Origin: an uncultured Chloroflexia bacterium | Lineage (GTDB): Bacteria > Chloroflexota > Limnocylindria > Limnocylindrales > CSP1-4 | Reading direction: 5' to 3' | Assembly: GCA_963720755.1 (NCBI GenBank) | Contig: CAVRGP010000011.1 | Location: forward strand, 608,001 to 672,000 | DNA: 64,000 nucleotides | In this document: positions 29,390 to 40,704 of the stretch, piece by piece | Layout of the letters: each line of letters begins with the position of its first letter | Position numbering within the stretch: the stretch's first letter is position 1 | Position numbers and translations under genes: made by a program | Notes under the pieces: model-generated | What the model saw: the letters and a program-made list of their open reading frames with translations, nothing else | Database searches by the model: none | Told to the model about the DNA's origin: nothing

Positions 29390-31105
29390 GGTCGCGGGAC
29401 CCAGGGCACGATCGACGGCGGGGTCCCGCGACACGATCGCGTACTCGTTGGCGGCGATGTCCTGCCAGGGCCCGAACGATCCATCGGGCCACTGCACGCG
29501 AACCTGGGCGGTCGAGGCAGGACCGAGCCCAAAATGGATCCAGCCGAGCTGGCCGCCGGCGTGACCACCGCCGATCGTCACCTCGCGCACGACGACGCGA
29601 TCCCCCGTCTTGACCTGGATCCACGATCCGATGGCGTCACGATTCGGTCCCGGCTGGACGAGTCGGAGGCCGATCCAGCCACCCATCGCCGCCGGTGCGG
29701 CGGCATCGCCCCAACCGACATCGCGCCAGAGCTTGACGTCCGACATCCGCTTCACCTCGACGAGATCCACCATCCCGTCCATGTTGAGGTCGACCAGGGC
29801 CGCACCGCGGCCGCGTTCGAAGTCGACGATCCCGGCCTGCTGGGCCACCTCGACGAACGAACCGTCGGCCTGGCCCAGGAACAGGTTGCTGGGGTCCCTG
29901 GCGGCGAAGTCGGGCATCGCCTCGACGTTCCCCTTCGAGATGTACAGGTCCATGTACGTGTCGTTGTTCACGTCCTCGAACTCCGGGTGCCAACCGGTGG
30001 ACCCGAGGGTCGTGTCACCGACGAACGGTCGATTCGCGGTCACGCCATCGCGCAGGGCGATGTCCTGATAGGTCGGGCCGGTCGCACCGCTCGAGAGCGT
30101 CTGGAGCTTGTTGTCGTTCTGGCTGGTGAGGAAGATCTCCGGACGTCCGTCCCCGTTCAGGTCCTGGCTCGCGATACCCATGCCCCAGATCTTGACGGGC
30201 TTCCAGCCGTCGGCCTCCGTGTACAGCCGCGGCGGCTGTCCGGGGAGGATCTGCCACAACTGCTCCTCGCCACCACTGTTGTCGCGGTAATAGTGGCGAT
30301 CGTTCGAGATCCGCAGGTCGGTCTGTCCGGAGTGGCTCCAATCGCTGAACAGCATCGACAGGTCGCACCAACTGGGCGACAGGGGCACCGGAGGGCCATA
30401 GCCGTTCCCGGTGGAGGCCGGACGGATCAGAACGTTGCCGGCACAGCGCTCGATCCCGTCCGCGGCCGCCGGCCGCTGCAGGTAGTCGCCGACGGCGAGC
30501 GTCGGGAGGGTCGCCCCCTGTTCCCAGGTGGCACTGAAGGCGGTCGTCCAGCCGTCGCCGCCGTCGAAATGCCAGGCCTCATTGGCACGCTCGAACCGGC
30601 AGTCTCCCAGGCCCCGGAGGAGGACGTTCTCGCCGTTCCGGAGCACCGCCAGATCCGTCTTGCCGTCACCGTCGATGTCGATCGGGTACGCGCCGGTCAC
30701 CGCATCCATGTCGGTGGTGGTGGCAGGCACGACCTGGAACCTGAGTGGACCGCCGACCGTGCTTTCGTTGCGATACAGCGCGGCCTGACCGCTGCCGCCC
30801 GCGAGGTAGAGGTCCGGCCGGCCGTCGTCGTTGCAGTCGAGGACGGCGACGCCGCCACCGACGTAGTAGTCGAAGTCCCCGAGATACTTCTGGGCGACAC
30901 CTGACGCGGTCGTCTCATCGATGAACCGCGGGGGATCCATCGCCGACCCCCCGTTTGCGATCACGCCGGCGCCGACCGCGATCAGGCTGCCCCCGATGAC
31001 CACGACCGCGATGGCCAGGACGAGCCAGACGACCCTGGGCGCCCGGCGCACCCCGTCGGTGGCCGTGGCGCGCGTCGCGGGGAATGGGTCCGTCACGCCG
31101 GGCAT
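29386..31105 (-). CDS. CRTAC1/ASPIC-UnbV family secreted FG-GAP repeat protein (probable frameshift near 3' end)
   Basis: N-terminal TM, DCNDDGRPDLY, DIDGDGKTDL, DLNGDGRPEIF, NRDAIGS, HFGLG, VRVQWPDG. Confidence 0.75.
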
Positions 31106-31186
31106 TGTGCCGCAGACCCGCTCGAACCGTCGGTCGGCGCGGGCCTGCGACGTCCCGGTGCGCCCGACCCGGGGTGCGCTTGGAGC

Positions 31187-32176
31187 CTACGCGCCGTCGC
31201 CCGCCGTGAAGATCCGTTCGATGACCCGCAGGTTCGCCACGGCATCCTGGGGTGGGGTCGGGACCCGCCTGCCGTCGAGGATCGCCGCCGCGAACCGGTC
31301 GGCCTCGACGGTATAGGGATCGGCGGTCGGGAAGGTCAGGACCTCGATACCTGGGGCGACGGGCGGGTCGCCGCCAGCCACGATCGAGATCCTGGTCGGC
31401 CGGTCGGGCGGGATATTGAACGGGATCTGGATCGAGATCCGGCCAGTCGTCCCATAGATGTCGACCCGCTGGTCACTCTCCATCCGGGTCGAGCAGGTGA
31501 ACGTCGCGACGCCGTCCGGGAACGTCAGCATGGCACTGGTGACGATGTCGACGCCACTGGATGGGTCGCGGGTGACGACCGCCTTGACGTCGATCGGCTC
31601 GCTCCCGAACAGCATCCGCGACAGGTTCACGTTGTAGCTGCCGACGTCGTACAGGGCGCCGCCACCGAACGCGGCGATGTTCCGGATGTTGTCGGCGTCG
31701 TCGTTGAAGTACGAGAACCAGCTATCGACGGCCACGAGGCGTCCGATCCGGCCGGAGGCCAGCAACCCTCGAGCAGCATCCCACGACGGATGGAGGCGAT
31801 ACATGAACGCCTCCATCAGCTGGACACCTTCGGCCTCGCAGGCATCGACCATCCGCTGGGCGTCCACGGCAGTCATTGCCAGCGGCTTCTCGCACAGCAC
31901 GTGCTTGCCGGCGCGCGCGGCGGCGATCGTCCACTCGGCATGGAGGTGGTTGGGCAACGGGATGTAGACGGCATCGACCTCCGGATCGGCCAGCAGCGAC
32001 TCGTACGAGCCGTGCGATCGTTCGATGCCGAGCCGGTCGGCCACCCGACGGGCCACGACCGGATCGCGAGAGGCGATCGCGAAGACCTCGACGCGAGGAG
32101 CCTTCTGCATCCCCGGGATGACCTTGCTGATCGCGATATCGGCCGTGGACAGGATCCCCATCCGCAGGACGGTCAT
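31187..32176 (-). CDS. Gfo/Idh/MocA oxidoreductase (sugar dehydrogenase-like)
   Basis: GILSTADIA, YIPLPNHLH, HVLCEKP, GGGALYDVG. Confidence 0.9.
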   Translation of the reverse strand: MTVLRMGILSTADIAISKVIPGMQKAPRVEVFAIASRDPVVARRVADRLGIERSHGSYESLLADPEVDAVYIPLPNHLHAEWTIAAARAGKHVLCEKPLAMTAVDAQRMVDACEAEGVQLMEAFMYRLHPSWDAARGLLASGRIGRLVAVDSWFSYFNDDADNIRNIAAFGGGALYDVGSYNVNLSRMLFGSEPIDVKAVVTRDPSSGVDIVTSAMLTFPDGVATFTCSTRMESDQRVDIYGTTGRISIQIPFNIPPDRPTRISIVAGGDPPVAPGIEVLTFPTADPYTVEADRFAAAILDGRRVPTPPQDAVANLRVIERIFTAGDGA

Positions 32177-32183
32177 GGTTCGC

Positions 32184-32891
32184 TCAGCCCCACGAGGTTT
32201 CGGTGACCGGTCGCTGGGCGAGTTCCAGCATCCGGAAGGTCCGCGGCCGGGTCAGGACGAACATCACGGTCTCGGCGACGTCTTCGGGATCCATCATCCC
32301 GGCCAGGGCGGGCATGTCGGGGGTCCGGCCGCGGCCCATCGCGAAGTCCGTCGCCACGCCACCCGGGCAGACGTTGGTGCAGCGCACGCCCTGCTCCCGC
32401 AGTTCGTGGTCGAGGGCCCGGGTCAGGCCGACCTGGGCGAACTTCGATGAGCAGTAGACCGCTTCGAGGGGGAGGCCGCGTCGACCGGCCTCGCTGGCGA
32501 TCATGACGATGTCCGCCGCCTCGCTGCGGACGAGGTGGGGGAGTGCGGCGCGGATGGTATAGATCGCCCCCTTGACGTTGATATCGATCATCTCCTCAAG
32601 CTGGTCCATCGGCAGGTCCAGGAACGGCCCGTAGGCGCCGACCCCGGCATTGACGACGAGGATGTCCAGGCGACCGAAACGCGCGATCGTGGCGGCCACC
32701 ATCGCTTCGACCGACGCCGGGTCGCGGACGTCGCATGGCTGGGCGACGGCGTCCCCGATCCCGAGATCGTCACCGCTTCGGGACGCCAGCCCCAGGTGGA
32801 CACCCACCTCGTCGAGTGCGTGGGCGATGCTCGCGCCGATCCCGCGGCTCGCTCCGGTGATCAGGGCGACTCGCCCGTCGAGTGACTGCAT
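32184..32891 (-). CDS. Short-chain dehydrogenase/reductase
   Basis: TGASRGIG, NAG, YCSSK; GGAGG SD. Confidence 0.9.
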   Translation of the reverse strand: MQSLDGRVALITGASRGIGASIAHALDEVGVHLGLASRSGDDLGIGDAVAQPCDVRDPASVEAMVAATIARFGRLDILVVNAGVGAYGPFLDLPMDQLEEMIDINVKGAIYTIRAALPHLVRSEAADIVMIASEAGRRGLPLEAVYCSSKFAQVGLTRALDHELREQGVRCTNVCPGGVATDFAMGRGRTPDMPALAGMMDPEDVAETVMFVLTRPRTFRMLELAQRPVTETSWG

Positions 32892-32993
32892 GTCGTTGTT
32901 CCTCCGTCGGTCGATCCATCCCGCTGTTCGCGGGCGGCGTTTGTGCGTTTCGGCTCTTGACAACCAAGCGTCCCTCATAGAGTCTCACACGAG

Positions 32994-33018
32994 CGTTTGG
33001 AAGAGAGGACAACAAACC
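32994..33018. promoter_or_regulatory. Putative XylR(ROK) operator upstream of xylR
   Basis: CGTTTGGAAGAGAGGACAACAAACC; GTTTG..CAAAC dyad, 17/25 identical to the xylA site; TTGACA at 32957. Confidence 0.6.
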
Positions 33019-33019
33019 A

Positions 33020-34258
33020 TTGGAGATGGTCCTTCGCGGCGTGTCCGGGCAACGCAGCGGAACGATCCGCCGCGCGAACCTGAGTACGATCGTCACGGAA
33101 CTCCACCGGAGTGGTCCGTTGTCTCGATCCGAATTGGTCGCGCGGACGGGGCTGACCAGGAGCGCGATCCGGTCGCTGATCGGCGAACTTGCCGCCTCCG
33201 GCTTCGTCAGCGAGACGACATCCGTTCTTGACGGAACGCCCGGCCGGCCATCAGCGCTGGTGCGCCCGGAGCCCTACGGGGCGGTCACCCTGGCGCTCGA
33301 CGTGGCCGTTGAGTCCCTCGACGCGGCGATCGTCGGCCTGGGCGGCGAGGTCCTCGACACCGCCCGGATCGATCTGCGTGCGGACCGTTCGAGTCTGGAT
33401 GACGTCGTCGACGCGCTGGCGGGCCTTGCCGCACCACTGCTCGATCGGGCTGGACGGGAGCGCCAGATCGTCGGCGTCGGCGTCGCGGTCGTCGGGCTCG
33501 TCCGCCGGCGCGACGGGATGGTCGCCATGGCACCGAACCTGGGCTGGCACGATGCGCCCCTCGGGGCTCGCCTGAGCGACATCCTCGGGCCTGAGGTCCC
33601 GGTCACGGTCGCCAACGAGGCGGATCTGGCCGCCCTGGCCGAGTCACGCCGTGGCGTCGGGCGCGGCGTGGACGATTCGATCGTCGTCTGGGGCTCCGTC
33701 GGGGTCGGGGGTGGCCTGATCGTCGGAGGACGACCGCTCACCGGGATCGAGGGCTACAGCGGCGAGATCGGGCACCTGCCGGTGGATCCGGACGGTGACC
33801 CATGCTCCTGCGGATCGACCGGCTGCTGGGAAACGAAGGTGGGCACGCGAGCGATCCAGCGTCGGGCCGGTCGCCCGGTCGACGACAGCCTGGGAGCGTT
33901 CGACGCACTGGTCCGCGACGCGGAGGCCGGAATACCGGAGGTCATCGATGCCCTGGCCGAGACGGGACGCTGGCTGGGGATCGGCCTGGCCGGCCTGATC
34001 AACGTCTTCAATCCGGGGTTGATCGTGCTCGGCGGCCGGCTGGCCGAGATCGAGCCCCACGTGCGGCCCGCGCTCGAGGCTGAGCTCGACCGCAGGGCGA
34101 TCGCGCCATCCCGCCGCGCCGTCTCGATCGTCCCGGCCGACCTCGGATGGACCGCCCAGCTCCTTGGAGCCGCCGAGCTGGCCTTCGACCCACTACTCGC
34201 CGACCCTGCGGCATGGCTGCGCTCGCGCACGCCCGATGCTGCGCTGGCAACCGCCTGA
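33020..34258 (+). CDS. xylR: ROK-family transcriptional repressor (XylR-like)
   Basis: N-terminal HTH (SRSELVARTGLT), GRP, NEAD, GEIGH, CSCGSTGCWE. Confidence 0.85.
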   Translation: MEMVLRGVSGQRSGTIRRANLSTIVTELHRSGPLSRSELVARTGLTRSAIRSLIGELAASGFVSETTSVLDGTPGRPSALVRPEPYGAVTLALDVAVESLDAAIVGLGGEVLDTARIDLRADRSSLDDVVDALAGLAAPLLDRAGRERQIVGVGVAVVGLVRRRDGMVAMAPNLGWHDAPLGARLSDILGPEVPVTVANEADLAALAESRRGVGRGVDDSIVVWGSVGVGGGLIVGGRPLTGIEGYSGEIGHLPVDPDGDPCSCGSTGCWETKVGTRAIQRRAGRPVDDSLGAFDALVRDAEAGIPEVIDALAETGRWLGIGLAGLINVFNPGLIVLGGRLAEIEPHVRPALEAELDRRAIAPSRRAVSIVPADLGWTAQLLGAAELAFDPLLADPAAWLRSRTPDAALATA

Positions 34259-34373
34259 CGGAATTCAGCAGCAGAAGGAGGAGCCCACGATAGACATTGC
34301 GGGGGTGGTAGCCTATGTTGCCCCCGGGGGGAGCCGGGGTCGTCTCGTTTGAACGTATGGAGGAGTACTGAGC

Positions 34374-35531
34374 ATGTCCATCAAGAGGTTGACTGCGCTC
34401 TCTGCGAGCGCCGTCATCTTGCTCGCTGCGTGTAGCAGCGGCGGCTCGAGCACCGCGCCATCGGCTGCGGCGTCGACCGCGTCCGGGGCCGGTTGCACGG
34501 TCGGTGTCTCGTGGAACAACTTCCAGCAGCCGCGCTGGGCCGCACACGACGAGCCCAACCTGAAGGCCACGGTCGAGGACGCTGGCGGCAAGTACATCAG
34601 CGCCGACGCGAACCTCAGTGCTGAGCAGCAGCTCACCGACGTCGACACCCTGATCTCGCAGGGCGCGAAGGTCCTGGTCCTGCTTGCGCAGGACAACAAG
34701 GCCATCCTGCCGGCGGTCCAGAAGGCCAAGGATGCGGGCATCCCGGTCATCGCCTACGACCGCTTGATCGAAGATCCGACCATCCTCTACATCACCTTCG
34801 ACAACGTCGCCGTCGGCAAGGCCGAGGCTGACGCGGTCATCGCCAAGGTCCCGAAGGGCAACTACGTCCTGATCAAGGGCGACCCGGGCGACCCGAATGC
34901 GTCCACGTTCCTGCCGCAGGGCTGGGACGACGCCGGCCTGAAGGACAAGGTCGCCTCCGGCGACATCGTCCTCCTCAACGGACCTGATGGGACGTTCACC
35001 GACGCCTGGAAGACCGAGAAGGCGCAGTCCAACATGGAAGCGATCATCGACAAGGCCGTCGCCGACGGCACGAAGATCGACGCGATCCTCGCGGAGAACG
35101 ACAGCACCGCGCTCGGTGTCGTTGGTGCCCTCACCGCCAAGAGCTACGGCTTCCCGCCCCTGAGCGGCCAGGATGGCGACACCGCCAACCTGAACAACGT
35201 CGCCCTGGGCAAGCAGTACGTCGACGTCTGGAAGAACGCCAATGAGCTGGGCAAGGCGGCCGGCGCCGCAGCCCTCGCACTGTGCAATGGCACGGCCATG
35301 GCCAGCCTCACGCTTCCGAGCGGCCTGATCGACGCTTCGGTCGCTCCGGTCGCCGGTCTGTCGGCCCAGCCGTTCACGACCCCGGACGGGACGAGCGTTT
35401 CGTCCTTTATCCTCCAGCCGACCCCGCTCACCGCGGACAACCTCCAGGTGGCGGTTGACGGCGGGCAGATCACCAAGGAAGAGCTGTGCAAGGGTGTCGA
35501 CGCCGCGTCGGCGCCGACCGCTTGCCAGTAA
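34374..35531 (+). CDS. xylF: Xylose ABC transporter substrate-binding lipoprotein
   Basis: Lipobox LAAC, RW..DE, IAYDRLI, FDN, NDSTA, SGQDG. Confidence 0.85.
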   Translation: MSIKRLTALSASAVILLAACSSGGSSTAPSAAASTASGAGCTVGVSWNNFQQPRWAAHDEPNLKATVEDAGGKYISADANLSAEQQLTDVDTLISQGAKVLVLLAQDNKAILPAVQKAKDAGIPVIAYDRLIEDPTILYITFDNVAVGKAEADAVIAKVPKGNYVLIKGDPGDPNASTFLPQGWDDAGLKDKVASGDIVLLNGPDGTFTDAWKTEKAQSNMEAIIDKAVADGTKIDAILAENDSTALGVVGALTAKSYGFPPLSGQDGDTANLNNVALGKQYVDVWKNANELGKAAGAAALALCNGTAMASLTLPSGLIDASVAPVAGLSAQPFTTPDGTSVSSFILQPTPLTADNLQVAVDGGQITKEELCKGVDAASAPTACQ

Positions 35532-35556
35532 GTCGCCGATAGCAACCGAGTAATCT

Positions 35557-35589
35557 GCGACCTGCGGGCCCCACGGACCCGCAGGTCGC
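35557..35589 (+). other. Intercistronic stem-loop after xylF
   Basis: GCGACCTGCGGG / CCCGCAGGTCGC 12-bp perfect stem; typical mRNA stabiliser or partial terminator after binding-protein genes. Confidence 0.7.
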
Positions 35590-35635
35590 TCAGTATCTGG
35601 GACAGTGATCGGATCCACGTGGCCGGAGGATTGAC

Positions 35636-36955
35636 GTGACGAACGCGGCAGGCGCCGTTCCAGGTCAGACGCAGGCCCCCAAGCGGACGTCGGTCCGCGG
35701 TTTGTTGGCCGCGACAGAGATCGATCTCCGACTGTTCGGGATGCTGATCGCCCTCGCGGCGATCCTGCTCACATTCAACATCCTGAGCGGGGGCAAGTTC
35801 TTCCAGCCGAACAACATGATCACTCTGGCGGTGCAGGCGACCGGCATCGCCATCATCGCGACCGGGATGGTCCTGGTCATCGTGTCGCGGAACATCGACC
35901 TTTCCGTCGGTTCGCTGGTCGGGGTCATCGCCATGACCTACGCCATCCTGATGACCGACTGGATGCCGAACATCCTCGGCATGGGGGCGGATTTCCCGTT
36001 CCGATGGCTCATCGCCCTCGGTCTCGGCATCCTCCTCGGAGCGCTGATCGGCGCCCTCCAGGGGTTCATCATCGCCTACGTCGGGGTGCCGTCGTTCATC
36101 GTCACCCTCGGCGGGTTGTTGTCGATCCGAGGGGCTGTCTGGTATCTCTCCAGCGGTGCATCTGTGTCGGGGCTCGACCCGATCTTCCAGCTCATCGGCG
36201 GCGGGGCGCAGGGCTCGCTCGGGGGCACGCTGACGTGGGCCCTCGCGATCGTGGGATGTATCGCCATCATCTGGCTTCTCTTCAACGGCCGGCGTCAACG
36301 TCGCCGATTCGAGTTCCCGGTCAGGCCGATGTGGGCCGAGGTCCTGATCGGCGTCGTCGGGTGCCTTGCCCTGGTCGGGGTCGCCGCATTCGCCAATGCC
36401 GCCCTGTGGCCGGAGGGTCTCGCGAACCGCATCGCGACAGAACAGAACTGGGGCCCGAGACCAGAAGGTGGCTGGAACGTCCCGACCGGGATCCCGTTCC
36501 CGATCATCCTGTTGCTGGGCGTGACCCTCGTCATGACCTGGATGGCCACGCGCCGCAGGTTCGGGCGATACGTCTACGCGTACGGTGGCAATCCTGACGC
36601 CGCCGAGCTCGCCGGCATCAACACGAAGTGGACGATCCTCAAGACCTACGTCGTGATGGGGATCCTGTGCGCGCTCGCCGCTGCCATCGCGTCGGCCCGG
36701 CTGAATGGGTCCACCCTTGACATCGGCGTCAGCTACGAGCTGTATGTGATCGCGGCGGCGGTCGTCGGTGGGACGTCGTTCTCCGGGGGCATCGGCACGA
36801 TCCCCGGTGCGGTCATCGGTGCCTTCGTGATGCAGTCACTCGCTTATGGACTGAGCTTCATGGGCGTCAACTCTCCCGGTCAGAACGTCGTGGCCGGAAT
36901 CGTGCTGGTCGTTGCGGTCGGCTTTGACACCTTCAACCGCCGGCGCGGATCCTGA
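35636..36955 (+). CDS. xylH: Sugar ABC transporter permease
   Basis: [37 protein letters not shown]. Confidence 0.88.
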   Translation: MTNAAGAVPGQTQAPKRTSVRGLLAATEIDLRLFGMLIALAAILLTFNILSGGKFFQPNNMITLAVQATGIAIIATGMVLVIVSRNIDLSVGSLVGVIAMTYAILMTDWMPNILGMGADFPFRWLIALGLGILLGALIGALQGFIIAYVGVPSFIVTLGGLLSIRGAVWYLSSGASVSGLDPIFQLIGGGAQGSLGGTLTWALAIVGCIAIIWLLFNGRRQRRRFEFPVRPMWAEVLIGVVGCLALVGVAAFANAALWPEGLANRIATEQNWGPRPEGGWNVPTGIPFPIILLLGVTLVMTWMATRRRFGRYVYAYGGNPDAAELAGINTKWTILKTYVVMGILCALAAAIASARLNGSTLDIGVSYELYVIAAAVVGGTSFSGGIGTIPGAVIGAFVMQSLAYGLSFMGVNSPGQNVVAGIVLVVAVGFDTFNRRRGS

Positions 36956-36974
36956 GCGGCAAGGAGGCATGACG

Positions 36975-37769
36975 ATGACGGTCGAGACGAGCGCTCCGCT
37001 GGTCGAGATGCGCAATATCAGCGTCGCGTTCGGCGGCGTCCACGCGGTCAAGGATGTGACCATCGACCTCAATGCCGGTGAGGTCATCGGTCTCGTCGGC
37101 GGGAATGGGGCCGGCAAGTCCACCCTGATGCGTGTCCTGTCCGGCGCGCACCCGGCCGATAGCGGGAATATCAGCATCAACGGGAAGCCGGTGACCATCT
37201 CCAACCCGCGCGACGCGAAGCACTACAACATCGAGACCATCTACCAGACCCTCGCTCTCGCCGACAACATCGACACGCCGGGGAACCTCTTCCTGGGCCG
37301 GGAGAAGACGACCCGCCTCGGGAGCCTGGACGACACCGCGATGGAGGCGGAGACGCGAAAGGTCATGGGCCGGCTCAACCCCAACTTCACGAACTTCAAG
37401 ATGGCGGTGAAATCGCTGTCCGGCGGCCAGCGTCAGGCAGTCGCGATCGCGCGGGCCGTCTACTTCAACGCCCGGATCCTGATCATGGACGAACCCACGG
37501 CTGCGCTCGGCCCCGCCGAGACCGCTCAGGTTCGCAATCTGGTGCGCCAACTCAAGGACGAGGGCATCGGGATCTTCCTGATCAGCCACGACATCCACGA
37601 TGTCTTCGACCTGTCGGACCGGATCAGCGTGATGTATCACGGCGAGGTCGTCGACACCGTGCGCAAGAGTGACGTCACGGCGGACGACGTCCTGGGGATG
37701 ATCATCCTTGGCAAGAAGCCGGACGAGGTCACCGATACGGACAAGGCCGCGATCGAGCTCCGCGGCTGA
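36975..37769 (+). CDS. xylG: Sugar ABC transporter ATP-binding protein (single domain)
   Basis: [21 protein letters not shown]; AAGGAGG SD. Confidence 0.85.
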   Translation: MTVETSAPLVEMRNISVAFGGVHAVKDVTIDLNAGEVIGLVGGNGAGKSTLMRVLSGAHPADSGNISINGKPVTISNPRDAKHYNIETIYQTLALADNIDTPGNLFLGREKTTRLGSLDDTAMEAETRKVMGRLNPNFTNFKMAVKSLSGGQRQAVAIARAVYFNARILIMDEPTAALGPAETAQVRNLVRQLKDEGIGIFLISHDIHDVFDLSDRISVMYHGEVVDTVRKSDVTADDVLGMIILGKKPDEVTDTDKAAIELRG

Positions 37770-37782
37770 CGCTCGACGCGGA

Positions 37783-39267
37783 TCAGAGTCGAGGGAAGAT
37801 CGGAGCGAGGGCCGGATAGAGTCGGCCGTACGTATCGTGGATGTCCGCGTATCGAGCCGCATCGGGTCCCGGGTCGGCGACGGGTGTGGCAACGACGAGC
37901 GCGCTCGTCGCGCCCTGTACCGTGGTGAACCAGCCGGCAGCGACCGTGGCCAGCAGCCCGGCACCGTAGGCCGCTCCCTCCGACGTGTTGACCGTGGCCA
38001 CCTCGGCGCGGAGGACGTCGGCCAGGATCTGCCGCCACAACGGGCTGACGATCCCGCCACCGGATGCCCGGACCTGGGTCGGTGCCGCCATGCCAGCGCC
38101 GATCATCTGATCGAGGCCGTCGCGAAGTCCGAAGGCGACGCCTTCGAGCACCGCCCGGGTCAGGTGCCGGCGATCGTGCGTCGCGGTCAGCCCGACGAAT
38201 GCCCCGCGGGCCAATGGATCGGGATGTGGACTGCGCTCGCCGGTGAGGTAGGGGAGGAAGAGCAGGCCGTCGCTCCCGGGCGGGATTTCGGCGGCGGGAG
38301 CGACGAGGTCTGCGAACTCGACCCCGGGCGCCAGTGCGTCGCGGAACCAGCGAAGGCTTCCGGCCGCGGACAGCATGACCGTCATGAGATGCCATCGATC
38401 CGGGATGGCGTGGCAGAAAGCGTGGACCTGTCCAGCCGGGTCGCGGATCGGCTGGTTCGTCGTTGCGAAGACGACGCCCGATGTCCCGAGCGACAACGCC
38501 ACGGTCCCTTCGACCGTCGCACCGACACCGACAGCATTGGCCGACTGGTCGCCGCCGCCCGCGACGACCGGGGTCCCGGCGCGCAGGCCCGTCACTGCTT
38601 CGGCGGCACGACTCACCGTGCCGGTGATCTCCGGACCCTCGAAGGTCGGCGGCATCCAGGCCGGATCGATCTGCAGGGCCGCCAGCACCTCGGGTGACCA
38701 GTCCCTGGCGGCCAGGTCGAACAGCAGGGTACCGGCGCCGTCGGCCTTGTCCAGGGCGTGTTCCCCGGTCAGTCGCAGGCGAACGTAGTCCTTCGGGAGG
38801 AGGACGTGGGCGGTCCGCTGCCAGACGTCCGGCTCGTGATCGCGGACCCAGACAAGCTTCGGCGCGGTGAAGCCGGTCAGGGCGTCGTTGCCCGTGAGTT
38901 CGATGAGCCGCTCAGGCCCGACCGCCGCCCGGATGGCATCGCACTCGGCCGCGGTCCGCTGGTCATTCCACAGGATGGCCGGTCGGAGGATGCGGTCGCT
39001 TGAATCGAGCAGGACGAGCCCATGCATCTGTCCCGTCAGACCGATCGCAGCGACGGTCGACGGGTCGGTACCGGACGAGCGGAGGACCAGACCGATGGCG
39101 TCGACCGCCGCGTCCCACCACAGGGCAGGGTCCTGCTCGCTCCACAGAGGCCGAGGCTGGTCGTACCCATACTCCGAGGCTGCGATGCCGACGACGGAGC
39201 CGTCCTCGCCGACGAGGACGGCCTTCGTGGCCGTGGTCGAAACGTCGATGCCGAGCACGACGCTCAT
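37783..39267 (-). CDS. xylB: Xylulokinase
   Basis: GIDVSTT, TGQMHG, ILWNDQR, GGGDQ, PYLTGER. Confidence 0.93.
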   Translation of the reverse strand: MSVVLGIDVSTTATKAVLVGEDGSVVGIAASEYGYDQPRPLWSEQDPALWWDAAVDAIGLVLRSSGTDPSTVAAIGLTGQMHGLVLLDSSDRILRPAILWNDQRTAAECDAIRAAVGPERLIELTGNDALTGFTAPKLVWVRDHEPDVWQRTAHVLLPKDYVRLRLTGEHALDKADGAGTLLFDLAARDWSPEVLAALQIDPAWMPPTFEGPEITGTVSRAAEAVTGLRAGTPVVAGGGDQSANAVGVGATVEGTVALSLGTSGVVFATTNQPIRDPAGQVHAFCHAIPDRWHLMTVMLSAAGSLRWFRDALAPGVEFADLVAPAAEIPPGSDGLLFLPYLTGERSPHPDPLARGAFVGLTATHDRRHLTRAVLEGVAFGLRDGLDQMIGAGMAAPTQVRASGGGIVSPLWRQILADVLRAEVATVNTSEGAAYGAGLLATVAAGWFTTVQGATSALVVATPVADPGPDAARYADIHDTYGRLYPALAPIFPRL

Positions 39268-39272
39268 CCGCT

Positions 39273-40622
39273 TCAGCCTTGCGCGTCGCGATCGGCGGCC
39301 CAGATCCGCTGGTTGACGAGTCCCTCGAGGCGTTCCTGCTCCCCGGACACCGGCCGCGGGTCGATCTCGCCGGTGGCGACCCGTGCCTCAAGGGACGCCA
39401 GCGTCTCCGAACCGCTCAGGATCGCGCTCCCGAGTTCGCCACTCCAGCCCGCGTAACGCGCCTCGACGAGGGTCGACAACGTGCCGCGCTCGAGCATGTC
39501 CGCCGCGACGAGAAGCGCCCGAGCGAGCGTGTCGATCCCGCCGATGTGCGCGTGGAACAGATCCGTTCGGTGCAGGCTCTGCCGACGCAACTTGGCATCG
39601 AAGTTGAAGCCGCCTTCGGTGAACCCGCCGGCCTTGAGGATCTCGTACAGCGGCAGGGCCAGATCCTCGACCGAATTCGGGAACTGATCGGTGTCCCAGC
39701 CGTTCTGCGGATCGCCGCGATTCGCATCGATACTCCCGAGGATCCCGTGGGCAACGGCGTACGCGACCTCATGGTGGAAGCTGTGGCCGGCCAGCGTCGC
39801 GTGGTTCGCCTCGATATTCACCCGATACTCGCCATCGAGCCCGTTGGCCACCAGGAAGCCGTGAACGGTCGCGGTGTCGAAGTCGTACTGGTGCTTCGTC
39901 GGCTCCATCGGCTTGGGTTCGATGAGAAGTTGCCCCTTGAACCCGATCTTGTGCTTGTGCTCGGCGACCAGATGGAGGAACCGGGCGAGCTGCTGGCCCT
40001 CGCGCCGAAGGTCCGTGTTGAGGAGGGTGTCGTACCCTTCCCGGCCGCCCCACAGGACATAGTTCGTCCCACCGAGGCGCTGGGTGATCTCGAGCATGTT
40101 CTTGACCTGCGCGGCCGCGAAGGCAAAGACCTCGGGGTCCGGATTCGTCGCGGCGCCGGCGGCGAACCGAGGATGGGTGAACAGGTTGGCGGTCCCCCAG
40201 AGGAGTCGGACACCGGTCCGTTCCTGGTACTCGGCCGCATCGTCCGCGATGGCGTCGAGGTTGGCTCTGGTCTCCGCGAACGACGCGCCGTCGGGCGCGA
40301 CATCGCGGTCGTGGAAGCAGTAGTAGGGGACACCGAGCTTGGTGAAGAACTCGAACGCCGCCGCCAGTTTCGCCCTGGCCGCCGCCATGGGATCAGCCGA
40401 CGTCGTGATCCACGGGCGATCGAGCGTTCCGGCCCCGAACATGTCCGTGCCCGGCCAGGCGAACGAATGCCAGAAGCACACGCCGACCCGGAGGTGGTCC
40501 TCCATGCGCTTGCCCAGGACGAGTCGGTCCGGCTGGTAGACCTTGTAGGCGAGCGGCTCGTCTAATTCGAGGCCGCCGAACGGGATCGGCCCCGTAACGT
40601 CCGCGAAGAAGTCCTCGCTCAT
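39273..40622 (-). CDS. xylA: Xylose isomerase (class II)
   Basis: WHSF, FHDRD, WGGREGY, IEPKP.EP, EANHA, GWDTDQF, NFDAK. Confidence 0.97.
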   Translation of the reverse strand: MSEDFFADVTGPIPFGGLELDEPLAYKVYQPDRLVLGKRMEDHLRVGVCFWHSFAWPGTDMFGAGTLDRPWITTSADPMAAARAKLAAAFEFFTKLGVPYYCFHDRDVAPDGASFAETRANLDAIADDAAEYQERTGVRLLWGTANLFTHPRFAAGAATNPDPEVFAFAAAQVKNMLEITQRLGGTNYVLWGGREGYDTLLNTDLRREGQQLARFLHLVAEHKHKIGFKGQLLIEPKPMEPTKHQYDFDTATVHGFLVANGLDGEYRVNIEANHATLAGHSFHHEVAYAVAHGILGSIDANRGDPQNGWDTDQFPNSVEDLALPLYEILKAGGFTEGGFNFDAKLRRQSLHRTDLFHAHIGGIDTLARALLVAADMLERGTLSTLVEARYAGWSGELGSAILSGSETLASLEARVATGEIDPRPVSGEQERLEGLVNQRIWAADRDAQG

Positions 40623-40704
40623 GACCAGAGCCCTCCTGTGCCGGCCGCGACGGCCGTCCGATGTGAATCACCCGGTGATCTGTGGGTCCGACGAGCATAT
40701 CGTA

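Noticed and set aside
23987-31105. Enediyne biosynthetic gene cluster
   Set aside because: No iterative PKS, thioesterase or UnbL-like gene in the window
21948-32891. Genomic island integrated at tRNA-Asn
   Set aside because: No integrase and no duplicated tRNA 3' end found in the window
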